Assembly: GCF_039654945.1 (NCBI RefSeq)
Contig: NW_027361869.1
Coordinates: forward strand, 7,936,001 to 8,000,000
Reading direction: 5' to 3'
DNA: 64,000 nt
Source of the DNA: Dendrobates tinctorius
Lineage: Eukaryota
How positions within the stretch are numbered: the first letter of the stretch is position 1; the number at the start of each line of letters is the position of its first letter. Below, in pieces: positions 51,608 through 63,851 of the stretch. The notes beneath the pieces are model-generated. The model ran no database searches, was not told the DNA's origin, and saw only the letters and a list, made by a program, of their open reading frames with translations. The translations under genes were made by a program, and so were the position numbers.

Positions 51608-54600
51608 ACAGCTGTATAGGGATGAGGTGGTGGCACTGATCATAAAGCTCTGCAGGGATGATGTGGTGGCACTGATGATACAGGTGTGCAGGGACGAGGT
51701 GGTGGCACTGATCATACAGCTCTGCAGGGAGTAGGTGGTGGCATTGATCATACAGCTCTGTGTGGATAAGATGGTGGCACTGATCATGCAGCTCTGCAGG
51801 GATGAGGTTGTGACACTGATCATACAGCTCTGCAGGAATGAGGTAGTGGCACAGATCACACAGCTCTGCAAGGACCAGGTGGTGGCACTGATCATACAGC
51901 TCTGCGGCGACAAGTTGGTGGTACTGATCATACAGCTCTGCAGAGAGGAGGTGGTGGCACTGATCATACAGCTCTGAAGGGAATGTGTGGTGGCACTGAT
52001 CATAAAGTTCTGCAGTGACGAGTTGGTAGCACTAATCATACTGCTTTTCAGGGAGGAGGTGGTGGCACTGATCATACAGCTCTGCAGGAATGAGGAGGTG
52101 GCACTGATCATACAGCTCTGCGGGGACAAGGTGGTGACACTGATAATACACCTCTGCGGCGACAAGGTGGTGGCACTGATCATACAGCTCTGCGGGGACA
52201 AGGTGTTGGTACTGATCATACAGCTCTGCAAGGACCAGGTGGTGGCACTTATCATACAGCTCTGCAGAGAGGAGGTGGTGGCACTGATCATACACCTCTG
52301 CGGCGACAAGGTGTTGGTACTGATCATACAGCTCTGCAAGGACCAGGTGGTGGCACTTATCATACAGCTCTGCAGAGAGGAGGTGGTGGCACTGATCATG
52401 CAGCTCTGCTCGGACAATGTGGTGGCACTTATGTTACAGCTTTGCGGGGACAAGGTGGTGGCAGTGATAATACAGCTCTACAAGGATGAGGTGGTGGTAC
52501 TAATCATACAGCTCTGCAGGGAGGAGGTGGTGGCACTGATCATACAGCTCTGCGGGGACGAGATGGTGGCACTGATCATAAAGCTCTGAGGGGATGACGT
52601 GGTGGCACTGATCAAATAGCTCTGCAGGGATTAGGTGGTGGCACTGATCGTACAGCTCTGCAAGGAGTAGGCGGTGGCACTGATCATACAACTTTGCGGC
52701 GACAAGGTGGTGGCACTGATCATACAGGTCTGCAGGTAAAAGGTGGTGGCACTGAACATACAGCTCAGCGCGGACAAGATGGTAGCACTGATCAGACAGC
52801 TCTACATGGAGGAGGTTGTGGCACTGAACATACTGGTTTGCAGGGATGAGGTAGTGGCACTGATCATACAGCTCTGCAGGTATGAGGAGGTGGCACTGAA
52901 GATACAGCTGTGCCTGGATGAGGTGGTTGCACTGATCATACAGCTCTGCAGGGAAAAGTTGGTGACACTGATCATACACCTCTGCAGCAACAAGGTGGTG
53001 GTACTGATCATACAGCTCTGCGGGGACAAGATGGTGGCACTGATCATAAAGCTCTGCAGGGATGATGTGGTGGCACTGATCATACAGGTCTGCAGGGATG
53101 AGGTGGTAGCACTCATCATACATCTCTGCAGGGACGAGGTGGTGGCACTGGTCAAATAGCTCTGCAGGGATTAGGTGGTGGCACTGATCTTACAGCTCTG
53201 CAAGGAGTAGGCGGTGGCACTGATCATACAGCTCTGCGGGGACTAGGTGGTGGTACTGATCATACAGCTCAGTGCTGACCAACTGATGGCACTGATCATA
53301 CAGCTTTGCGGTGACAATGTGGTGGCACTGATTATACAGTTCTGCGGCGACAACGTGGTAGTACTGATCATACAGCTCTGCATGGAAAGGTGGTGGCACT
53401 GCACAAGCAGCTCTGCAGGGAAACGGTGGTGGCACTGAACATACAGCTCAGCGCGGACAAGGTGGTGGCACTGATCAGACAGCTCTACAGGGAGGAGGTG
53501 TTGGCACTGTACATACTTGCTTGCAGGGATGAGGTAGTGGCACTGATCATACACCTCTGCAGGGATGAGGTGATGGCACTGAAGATACAGCTCTGCAGGG
53601 ATGAGGTGGTTGCACTGATCATAAGGCTCTGCAGGTACAAGGTTGTGTCACTGATCTTAAAGCTCTGCAGGGATGAGGTGGTGGCACTGATCATACAGTT
53701 CTGCGGGGATCAGGTGGTGGCACTGATCATACAGCTCTGTGTGGATAAGATGGTGGCAATGATAATACAGCTCTGCAGGGAGGAGTTGGTGGCACTGATC
53801 ATACAGCTCTGCAAGGATGAGGTGTTGGAACTGATCATACAGCTTTGCGGGGACAATGTGGTTGCACTGATTATAAATCTCTTTAGCGATAAGTTGGAGG
53901 CACTGATCATGCGGTTCTGCAAGGATGAGGTTGTGGCACTGATCATACAGCTGTGCGGGGACAAGGTGGTGGTACTGATCATACAGCTCTGCAGGGAGGA
54001 GGTGGTGGCGCTGAACATACAGCTCTGCAGGGAAAAGGTGGTGGCACTGAACATACAGCTCAGCTTGGACAAGGTGGTGGTACTGATCAGACAGCTCTAC
54101 AGGGAGGAGGTGGTTGCACTGATCATACACCTCTGTGGGGAGGAGGCGGTGGCACTGATCATAAGGCTCTGTAGGGACAAGGTTGTGTCACTGATCTTAC
54201 AGCTCTGCAGGGATGAGGTGGTGCACTGATCATACAGTTCTGCGGGGAGGAGGTAGTGGCACTGATCACACAGATCTGCAGGGAGTAGGTGGTGGCACTG
54301 ATCATACAGCTCTGTGTGGATAAGATGGTGGCACTGATCATACAGCTCTGCAGGGAGGAGTTGGTGGCACTGATCATACAGCTCTGCAGGGAAGAGGTGG
54401 TGACACTGATCATAAAGCTCTGCAAGGATGATGTGTTGGCACTGATCATACAGTTTTGCGGGGACAATGTGGTTGCATTGATTATATATCTCTTTAGGGA
54501 TAAGTTGGAGGCACTGATCATGCGGTTCTGCAGAGATGAGGTTGTGGCACTGATCATACAGCTCTGCAGGGATGAGGTGGTGGCACTGATCATACAGCTC

Positions 54601-55313
54601 TGCAGGGAGGAGGTGGTGGCACTGATCATACAGCTCAGCAGGGAGGAGTTGGTGGCACTGATCATACAGCTCTGCAGGGAAGAGGTGGTGACACTGATCA
54701 TACAATTCTGCAAGGATGAGGTGTTGGCACTGATCATACAGCTTTGCGGGGACAATGTGGTTGCACTGATTATATATCTATTTAGGGATAAGTTGGAGGC
54801 ACTGATCATGCGGTTCTGCAGGCATGAGGTTGTGGCACTGATCATACAGCTCTGCGGGGATAAGGTGGTGACACTGATCATACACCTCTGCGGCGACAAG
54901 GTGGTGGTACTGATCATACAGCTCTGCAGGGAGGAGGTGGTGGCACTGATCACACAGCTCTGAAGGGAATAGGTGGTGGCACTGATCATACAGTTCTGCA
55001 GTGACGAGGTGGTGGCACTAATCATACAGTTCTGCAGTGACGAGGTGGTGGCACTAATCATACAGCTTTGCAGGGATGAGGTAGTGGCACAGATCATACA
55101 GCCCTGCAGGGACGAGGTAGTGGCACTGATCTTACAGCTCTGCTGGGACAAGGTGGTGACACTGATCATACACCTCTGCGGCGACAAGTTGGTGGTACTG
55201 ATCATAGAGCTCTGCAGGGAAAAGTTGGTGGCACTAATCATACAGCTCTGTAGGGACGAGGTGTTGGCACTTATCATACAGCCGTGCACAGACAAGGTGG
55301 TTGCACTGATCAT
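51608..55313. repeat. 36-bp satellite array
   Basis: Same monomer and orientation as the left arrays. Confidence 0.97.
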
Positions 55314-55689
55314 TAGTGTTGAGCATTCCGATACCGCAAGTATCGGGTATCGGCCGATATTAGCGGTATCGGAATTCCGATACTTAATTCCGATACTTTT
55401 GTCATATCGGATTCCGGAATCGGAATCGGAATAGGAAGTTCCCATCATGCTATGAGCCTGCTTGCTTTGATTAAGCCAATGGGAATCCTCCGAAGTGTGG
55501 GCACATCCTGTTAGGCATGTAGGCATGTTAACTATTGGCATGGCTGTGATTGGCTGCCGAAATGATGTCATGATGCACTATAAAAGCCACCGCAGCCGCC
55601 ATTTCTGGTCACTCTGCTGTGAATTCAGTTAGGGACAGGCTGCTGTAGAAGACTGTGAGGGACAGTTAGAAATAGCGATTCCACCAAAC

Positions 55690-56480
55690 ATCTAGTGCTT
55701 TACCCAGGCTACATAAACCACCACTGTAGCCTTCTTTGCCCTAGCAGCAGTGTTCACAGCTGTCTGCAAGGGCTGTGTGAGTGCAGCTCACGCTGTGGAG
55801 TGGGTCCTGCAGCCACGTCAGGCTGTAGGCCACCCAGTGTGATCACTGCTGCCTCATACATCTTTTATTTTTTGAGCTGCATTTTTTACATAATTTCAAT
55901 CTAGTGTGCTTCCATCCGTATCCATATACGTTGGTTGCAAACACTAGTAGTAGACAGCGGAGCCTTTCTGCAGCCTTTCAGTGCTAGTGTCCACTTAGCT
56001 GCACTGTTCACGGCTGTCTGAGAGGTCTCTGACTGTGTGTGAGTGCAGCTCACGCTGAGTAGTGTGTCCTGCAGCTACGTCTGGCTGTAGGACGCTCAGC
56101 GTGCGTCAGTGCCTCACACATATTTTTATTTGAGTGCAGCTCATTTTTTCTTCTATTAGTGTGCATCCATCCGTCTCCATCTACGGTGGTTGCAAACACT
56201 ATAAAGGAGTACACAGCGGAGCCTTTCTGCAGCCTGTCAGTGCCAGTGCCCACTTAGCTGCACTGTTGACGGCTGTCTGAGAGGCCTCTGACTGTGTGTG
56301 AGTGCAGCTCACGCTGAGTGTCCTGCAGCTACGTCTGGTTGTAGGACGCTCAACGTGCGTCACTGCCTCACACATATTTGTCTTTGAGTGCAGCTCATTT
56401 TTTCTTCTCCTATTAGTGTGCATCCATCCGTATCCATCAACATTGGTTGGTTGCAAACACTATATAGGAGTAGATAGAGG
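55690..56480. repeat. ~260-bp direct repeats (about 3 copies) in the hAT 5' region
   Basis: GTGTGAGTGCAGCTCACGCTG recurs at ~55775, 56037, 56296. Confidence 0.8.
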
Positions 56481-56852
56481 AGCCTTTTTTTCTGGCTTGT
56501 GCCCTGCCGGCGCAGCCAGATTAGTATTACCCAATTTTTTTGGAGCCTCATCTTTTGCATTGTAGGTTACCTGCCTGCATTGTAATAGCTCCAAAAAGTT
56601 GGTGATACTATCAGTTTCAATTCTTTGTTCACATACTTTGAGTTTGTTTCCAACAAAGAAACCACAAAAAAAGTTCACCAAACACTACATTTTGAACTTG
56701 TGTAGGCCACATCAGCTCCTATTAAAGTCTAGTCCACACACACACACACTTCATAAAATTAGTGTTTCTTGTACCTGTAACCAGCTGTTCAGGAATAAGC
56801 ACACTAAGGCCCCCCTTTGTACTTTTTTGCCTATCTTAAGCAGTCTTGCAAG

Positions 56853-59800
56853 ATGAAGAAGGCAGGGTGTAAGGCGCGTGGGCGTGGGCGTGGAGTTTCA
56901 GCAGGGAGAGGACGTGGGGATTCTGCAGGGAGAGGACGTGGGGATTCTACAGGTAGAGGACGTGGGGATTCTGGGCCTGCTGCGGGCACCAGTGGATCAG
57001 CATCCCCCAGTTTTAGCAGGCAACAGTCCTTTATGCGCAGCTTTGTAGGACCTCAACGTACCCCACTGCTGCGGGAGGAACAAATTGAAGCCGTTGTCGG
57101 ATGGATGGCAGCTAACGCATCGACTTCAATTAATTCCGCATCCTCTCAGGGTCAGAGCACCGAAGAGCAACCATCTGTCTCTTCACCACCTGCCAAAGTG
57201 CCCAGGCAGTCAGAGAGACATGGACAGGAGCCATCACAGTCTCTACTTCTGTTCTCGGAATCTGTTGGCTTGGAAAGAGGGGGCCAGCCAAGCAGCATTC
57301 CTGAATGTGAAGAAGAGGGAGTATGCAGTGATGCGCAACTTCTTTGTCCCTCTGAATCTGAAGAGGCGAGTGGGCCAGTGCCTATGGTCAGCACACCTCA
57401 GTACGCATCAGATGATGACGAGACTCAGTTGCCACTTTCTGGTGCGTACGGTGCTGGCGAGACAACCCCGGAGAAGCAGCTGTTTGAAGAGGGGAGGGAA
57501 GATGATGAGGTCCTTGACCCATCATGGCGTGAGCAACAGGAAGGTGGTGGGAGCAGCTCGGAGGAAGAGATTCCCCTACCGGCCAAAACAGGAGGCAGAG
57601 GGAGGGGGAAGACTTGGTTGCCTGTACCCTCCACTTCGGCACCCGTTAGGAGCATTCCTCCTTCCAAAGGCAAACCGGGCGCTCACAAGAGTTGCAGTGC
57701 GTGGTCCTTTTTTGACACAGTTGCAGATGACATTTGCTTTGTCAAATGCAAGCTGTGTCATCAGAGAGTCAAAAGAGGGAGAAATGTCAGCAACCTCAAT
57801 ACCACAAATATGTGGAAACATGTGCGCACCAAGCACGAGTTGGAGTTGCAGAGACACCCTGAAGACGTAGGCCAACGTACAGCACCACCTACCACCTCTT
57901 CAGTTCGTGTTGGGCCCTCTTCCTCCAGCTCACACACTGCTGGTTCGGCTTCCTCACAGGATCGCCAAGGAAGAACCTCTGCCACTGTTGTCCGGAGACC
58001 CTGTCAGATTACACCCATAGCAGCACGTTCCCATCCATCACAGCCATCGGTAGCACAGGCATGGGATAAAAGGCGCCCTTACTCGGCAAACCATCCCCGA
58101 GCACAGTCTCTGAATGCTGGCATTGCCAAACTTCTGGCAGTTGAAATGCTGTCATTCAGGCTGGTGGACACTGACACCTTCCGGGACTTAATGGCATTGG
58201 CAGTCCCCCAATACAACGTGCCCAGCCGCTTTTATTTCAGCAGGCGAGCCGTCCCTGCCCTGCAGAAACATGTTGAGGGCAAAATAAAACATGCGCTACT
58301 AAACGCCGTTAGTAGCAAGGTCCACCTGACCACCGATGCGTGGACCAGTAACCATGGACAGGGACGATACCTTTCCCTCACTGCCCACTGGGTCAATGTT
58401 GTGGAGCCGGGTACAGATCTGGAGAGTGGAGCTGTACGTGTTCTTCCAACGCCACGGATTGCAGGACTCCAGTCTGTACACATAGACTCCTCCTCCTACT
58501 CAAGTTCCTCAGAAACAGCAGAGCAGGAGCCTGTTACGACCGATATGAGCACAGCCGTGGCCAAACGTCAACAGGCTGTACTCAAATTAATTTCTTTGGG
58601 GAATCGAAGCCACACAGCGCAGGAGCTCTGGAATGCTATCAAGCTGGAGAGCGATGTGTGGTTTGGGCCAGCGAATTTCCAGCCGGGCTTGGTAGTGTGT
58701 GACAATGGCCGAAATCTGGTGGCAGCTCTTGGCCTAGGCAACCTCACACACATCCCATGTCTGGCACATGTTCTTAACTTGGTCGTGCAGAGCTTTCTGA
58801 GGGACTATCCGGATCTTGCTGCACTGTTGCACAAGGTCCGCATAGAGTGCGCTCACTTGCGACGTTCCAGCACGGCAAGATCGCGCCTCGCTGCTCTGCA
58901 GCGACGATTTGGCCTTCCGGAACATCGCATCATATGTGACCTACCCACCCGGTGGAATTCAACGTTACATATGTTGGAGCGGTTGTGTGAGCAGCAGGCA
59001 GCAGTCATGGAGTACCAGCTGCATCAGGCGCAAACAAGTCGCACTGTGCGCCGTTCACACTTCAGCACCATTGAGTGGGCCTCTATGAAGGACATCTGCC
59101 TCGTTTTGCGTGCCTTCGATGAATCCACGCGGATGGCGAGTGCAGATGATGCACTAGTCAGCATGACTGTCCCCCTTATCTGCCTGCTTCAACAAACACT
59201 GCAAGCACTAAGGGATGAGGTTTCAGAAGAGGTGGAGGATGAGGAGTCCCAAATGCCATCTGCTTCTGGACAGTCTGCGCTACGTGTTTCCTCACAAAGG
59301 CCTAGGCAGGGGACACTTTGTGAGGAGGATGAGGAGGAGTCGATGGAGGAGGAAGACATCTCTCCAGAGGAGGGAGGTACACAAACCTCTACTCAGTATG
59401 TACAGCGAGGGTGGGGTGATGCAGAGCAGGCCGAGGTCACGCCTCAAACAGGGGACAGCGGTTCTTTGGCAGTTGGGAGTCTGCAGCACATGGTTGATTT
59501 CATGCTGCAGTGCCTGAGAAACGACCGCCGCATCGCCCACATTCTCGTCTCGGCTGATTATTGGGTGTACACCCTCCTAGATCCTCGCTACCGGGACAGC
59601 ATACAAAGGCTCATACCAACGTTGAACCGGGAGCGTAAAATGCGGGAGTACGAAGAGTCACTGGTGCAGTCCATAATGTTTTCCATTCCACCCGACAGCA
59701 TTGTTGCTAGTGCTTTACAAAGCAGCTCTGTGCGTCGAGGCAGTGGAGGAAACTCTGCACAAAGAGGGAGCAGAGGCAGCGCCGCAGCACAAGGCAAGAC

Positions 59801-60188
59801 CACTATGGCCCAAATGTGGCAAAGTTTTGTGTGTCCACCACAATTGTCTACACCATCAGCGACGCCTCGAGTCAGCAGGAGGCAACGCTTCCGTCAGATG
59901 GTGTCAGACTACATGTCTTGCCCTGTCGCTATACTCCCAGATGGCTCTTCCCCCTTCAAGTTTTGGGTCTCTAAGCTGGATACATGGCCAGAGCTTAGCC
60001 AGTATGCATTGGAGGTGCTGGCTTGCCCTGCTGCCAGTGTATTATCGGAACGTGTCTTTAGTGCCGCAGGTGGTGTACTAACAGACCGTCGCACGCGACT
60101 ATCTTCCGATAATGTTGACCGGCTGACTTTTCTGAAAATGAACAAGGCCTGGATCTCCAAAGACTTTGCCATTCCTCTTACAGACTAA
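56853..60188 (+). CDS. hAT transposase (ZBED4/ZBED6-like), ~1111 aa
   Basis: BED finger AWSFF..CKLC..MWKHVRTKH, TTDAW, VCDNG, CLAH, TRWNS, dimerisation domain LACPAASVLSERVFS; N-terminal GRGRGDS repeats. Confidence 0.95.
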   Translation: MKKAGCKARGRGRGVSAGRGRGDSAGRGRGDSTGRGRGDSGPAAGTSGSASPSFSRQQSFMRSFVGPQRTPLLREEQIEAVVGWMAANASTSINSASSQGQSTEEQPSVSSPPAKVPRQSERHGQEPSQSLLLFSESVGLERGGQPSSIPECEEEGVCSDAQLLCPSESEEASGPVPMVSTPQYASDDDETQLPLSGAYGAGETTPEKQLFEEGREDDEVLDPSWREQQEGGGSSSEEEIPLPAKTGGRGRGKTWLPVPSTSAPVRSIPPSKGKPGAHKSCSAWSFFDTVADDICFVKCKLCHQRVKRGRNVSNLNTTNMWKHVRTKHELELQRHPEDVGQRTAPPTTSSVRVGPSSSSSHTAGSASSQDRQGRTSATVVRRPCQITPIAARSHPSQPSVAQAWDKRRPYSANHPRAQSLNAGIAKLLAVEMLSFRLVDTDTFRDLMALAVPQYNVPSRFYFSRRAVPALQKHVEGKIKHALLNAVSSKVHLTTDAWTSNHGQGRYLSLTAHWVNVVEPGTDLESGAVRVLPTPRIAGLQSVHIDSSSYSSSSETAEQEPVTTDMSTAVAKRQQAVLKLISLGNRSHTAQELWNAIKLESDVWFGPANFQPGLVVCDNGRNLVAALGLGNLTHIPCLAHVLNLVVQSFLRDYPDLAALLHKVRIECAHLRRSSTARSRLAALQRRFGLPEHRIICDLPTRWNSTLHMLERLCEQQAAVMEYQLHQAQTSRTVRRSHFSTIEWASMKDICLVLRAFDESTRMASADDALVSMTVPLICLLQQTLQALRDEVSEEVEDEESQMPSASGQSALRVSSQRPRQGTLCEEDEEESMEEEDISPEEGGTQTSTQYVQRGWGDAEQAEVTPQTGDSGSLAVGSLQHMVDFMLQCLRNDRRIAHILVSADYWVYTLLDPRYRDSIQRLIPTLNRERKMREYEESLVQSIMFSIPPDSIVASALQSSSVRRGSGGNSAQRGSRGSAAAQGKTTMAQMWQSFVCPPQLSTPSATPRVSRRQRFRQMVSDYMSCPVAILPDGSSPFKFWVSKLDTWPELSQYALEVLACPAASVLSERVFSAAGGVLTDRRTRLSSDNVDRLTFLKMNKAWISKDFAIPLTD

Positions 60189-60402
60189 ATTAGTGGTTGG
60201 CAACTGTATCCAGGTCTGCTGGTGTGTTCATTTTTCTACCACCTGAACTATAATCCCTTTGCTTCAACACAGCCAGTTGTCGCTCAGATGTGTCGTCTGC
60301 ACAGAGAAACACACTAGCTCCTGTGTTAGTGGGGTTCAGTAATGCCAGCTGATCCCCTGCTGTGTGGACAGCAAAGTCACCAGCTCCATCAACATTCAAA
60401 CC

Positions 60403-60817
60403 ACTACTGATTTTTAACCGTGCCCAACTTAGGTCTCTGGCTCCACTGTCTCTACTATTTCCCCTGACCTCCAACCCCGCCATCTACATCTCTGAAGTGG
60501 CGTCAGCACAATCTACACTTGTTCCTGTGTTCCTGTGGCTCAGTCCCATCAGTTTATCCCCTGATGTGTGTCCAGCAAGGTCTCCTGCTCTGTCCACATT
60601 CCCATAACCAGTAGTGGGAATGAGGACAGAGCTGGCGAACTTGCCGGACAAACATCAGGGGATCAACTGACGGGACTGAGCACCAGTAACACAGGAACAA
60701 GTGTAGATTGTGCTGACGCCACTTCAGAGATGTAGCTGGCGGGGTTGGAGGCCAGGGTAAATAGTAGAGACAGTGGAGCCAGAGGCCTAAGTGGAGCATG
60801 GTTAGAATCAGTAGTAG
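60403..60817. repeat. Imperfect ~200-bp-arm palindrome
   Basis: Arms reverse-complementary around ~60610, e.g. CTGAAGTGGCGTCAGCACAATCTACACTTGTTCCTGTG / CACAGGAACAAGTGTAGATTGTGCTGACGCCACTTCAG. Confidence 0.9.
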
Positions 60818-60869
60818 TCCACAACCTCCATAAAAACCACTGCCCATTGGCCTCTGCATGCGGCATGCG

Positions 60870-62760
60870 TAATCCTGGGCTCCAACAGCTTCAGTTGGTG
60901 TTCAGAAGTGTCGTCTCCACAGAGCCAAACACATTCGTTAGAGTGTTAGTGGGGTTCAGCACTGCCAGCTGTTCCCCTGCTGTGGAGATGGCAAGTCTCC
61001 TGCTGCCTTCACCTGCCAAAATCCAGTAGGCCCCAGCCTGCTCCTCGCCTAATCCTGGGCTCCAACAGCGTCAGTTGGTGTTCAGAAGTGTCGTCTCCAC
61101 AGAGCCAAACACCTTCGTTAGAGTGTTAGTGGGGTTCAGCACTGCCAGCTGTTCCCCTGCTGTGGAGATGGCAAGTCTCCTGCTGCCTTCACCTGCCAAA
61201 ATCCAGTAGGCCCCAGCCTGCTCCTCGCCTAATCCTGGGCTCCAACAGCGTCAGTTGGTGTTCAGAAGTGTCGTCTCCACAGAGCCAAACACCTTCGTTA
61301 GAGTGTTAGTGGGGTTCAGCACTGCCAGCTGTTCCCCTGCTGTGGAGATGGCAAGTCTCCTGCTGCCTTCACGTGCCAAAATCCAGTAGGCCACAGCCTG
61401 CTCCTCGCCTAATCCTGGGCTCCAACAGCGTCAGTTGGTGTTCAGAAGTGTCGTCTCCACAGAGCCAAACACATTCGTTAGAGTGTTAGTGGGGTTCAGC
61501 ACTGCCAGCTGTTCCCCTGCTGTGGAGATGGCAAGTCTCCTGCTGCCTTCACCTGCCAAAATCCAGTAGGCCACAGCCTGCTCCTCGCCTAATCCTGGGC
61601 TCCAACAGCGTCAGTTGGTGTTCAGAAGTGTCGTCTCCACAGAGCCAAACACCTTCGTTAGAGTGTTAGTGGGGTTCAGCACTGCCAGCTGTTCCCCTGC
61701 TGTGGAGATGGCAAGTCTCCTGCTGCCTTCACCTGCCAAAATCCAGTAGGCCCCAGCCTGCTCCTCGCCTAATCCTGGGCTCCAACAGCGTCAGTTGGTG
61801 TTCAGAAGTGTCGTCTCCACAGAGCCAAACACATTCGTTAGAGTGTTAGTGGGGTTCAGCACTGCCAGCTGTTCCCCTGCTGTGGAGATGGCAAGTCTCC
61901 TGCTGCCTTCACCTGCCAAAATCCAGTAGGCCCCAGCCTGCTCCTCGCCTAATCCTGGGCTCCAACAGCGTCAGTTGGTGTTCAGAAGTGTCGTCTCCAC
62001 AGAGCCAAACACCTTCGTTAGAGTGTTAGTGGGGTTCAGCACTGCCAGCTGTTCCCCTGCTGTGGAGATGGCAAGTCTCCTGCTGCCTTCACCTGCCAAA
62101 ATCCAGTAGGCCCCAGCCTGCTCCTCGCCTAATCCTGGGCTCCAACAGCGTCAGTTGGTGTTCAGAAGTGTCGTCTCCACAGAGCCAAACACCTTCGTTA
62201 GAGTGTTAGTGGGGTTCAGCACTGCCAGCTGTTCCCCTGCTGTGGAGATGGCAAGTCTCCTGCTGCCTTCACCTGCCAAAATCCAGTAGGCCCCAGCCTG
62301 CTCCTCGCCTAATCCTGGGCTCCAACAGCGTCAGTTGGTGTTCAGAAGTGTCGTCTCCACAGAGCCAAACACCTTCGTTAGAGTGTTAGTGGGGTTCAGC
62401 ACTGCCAGCTGTTCCCCTGCTGTGGAGATGGCAAGTCTCCTGCTGCCTTCACCTGCCAAAATCCAGTAGGCCCCAGCCTGCTTCTCGCCTAATCCTGGGC
62501 TCCAACAGCGTCAGTTGGTGTTCAGAAGTGTCGTCTCCACAGAGCCAAACACCTTCGTTAGAGTGTTAGTGGGGTTCAGCACTGCCAGCTGTTCCCCTGC
62601 TGTGGAGATGGCAAGTCTCCTGCTGCCTTCACCTGCCAAAATCCAGTAGGCCACAGCCTGCTCCTCGCCTAATCCTGGGCTCCAACAGCGTCAGTTGGTG
62701 TTCAGAAGTGTCGTCTCCACAGAGCCAAACACATTCGTTCAAGTGTTAGTGGGGTTCATC
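60870..62760. repeat. 180-bp tandem array, variant A (~10.5 copies)
   Basis: TAATCCTGGGCTCCAACAGC recurs every 180 bp from 60870 to 62670. Confidence 0.97.
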
Positions 62761-63720
62761 ATTGCCAGCTGATCCCCTGCTGTGGAGATGGCAGTCTCTC
62801 CTGCTGTCTCCGCATTACAAAGACAGTAGGCCTCTGCCTACACCCTCCTATTTCCTGGGCTTCAACACAGCCAGTTGTAGTTCGGAAGTGCCGTCCACAC
62901 GGAAAGAGATACTTGCTCCCGTGTCTCAGTGGGGTTCAGTAACGTCAGCTGATCCCCTGCTGTGTGGATGGCAGTCTCTCCTGCTGTCACCTCATTCAAA
63001 ATACAGTAGGCCTCTGCCTACACCCTCCTATTTCCTGGGCTTCAACACAGCCAGTTGTAGTTCGGAAGTGCCGTCCACACGGAAAGAGATACTTGCTCCC
63101 GTGTCTCAGTGGGGTTCAGTAACGTCAGCTGATCCCCTGCTGTGTGGATGGCAGTCTCTCCTGCTGTCACCTCATTCAAAATACAGTAGGCCTCTGCCTA
63201 CACCCTCCTATTTCCTGGGCTTCAACACAGCCAGTTGTAGTTCGGAAGTGCCGTCCACACGGAAAGAGATACTTGCTCCCGTGTCTCAGTGGGGTTCAGT
63301 AACGTCAGCTGATCCCCTGCTGTGTGGATGGCAGTCTCTCCTGCTGTCACCTCATTTAAAATAAAGTAGGCCTCTGCCTACACCCTCCTATTTCCTGGGC
63401 TTCAACACAGCCAGTTGTAGTTCGGAAGTGCCGTCCACACGGAAAGAGATACTTGCTCCCGTGTCTCAGTGGGGTTCAGTAACGTCAGCTGATCCCCTGC
63501 TGTGTGGATGGCAGTCTCTCCTGCTGTCACCTCATTCAAAATACAGTAGGCCTCTGCCTACACCCTCCTATTTCCTGGGCTTCAACACAGCCAGTTGTAG
63601 TTCGGAAGTGCCGTCCACACGGAAAGAGATACTTGCTCCCGTGTCTCAGTGGGGTTCAGTAATGTCAGCTGATCCCCTGCTGTGTGGATGGCAAAGTCTC
63701 CTGCTGCCTACACAGTCGTA
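62761..63720. repeat. 180-bp tandem array, variant B (~5 copies)
   Basis: TATTTCCTGGGCTTCAACACAGCC at 62849, 63029, 63209, 63389, 63569. Confidence 0.96.
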
Positions 63721-63851
63721 CCACTACTGATTTTTAACCGTGCTCCAATTAGGCCTGTGGCTCCACTGTCTCTCGTATTTCCCCTGTCCTCCAACCCTGC
63801 CAGTTACAGCTCCGAAGTGGCGTCTGCACAATCCACACTTGTTCCTGTGTT

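Noticed and set aside
56853-60188. Host gene ZBED4 or ZBED6
   Set aside because: Single BED finger, terminal-repeat-like left end and insertion into satellite indicate a transposon; no gene symbol assigned
62762-63730. 60-aa repeat ORFs
   Set aside because: Translation of the 180-bp variant B array; no coding evidence
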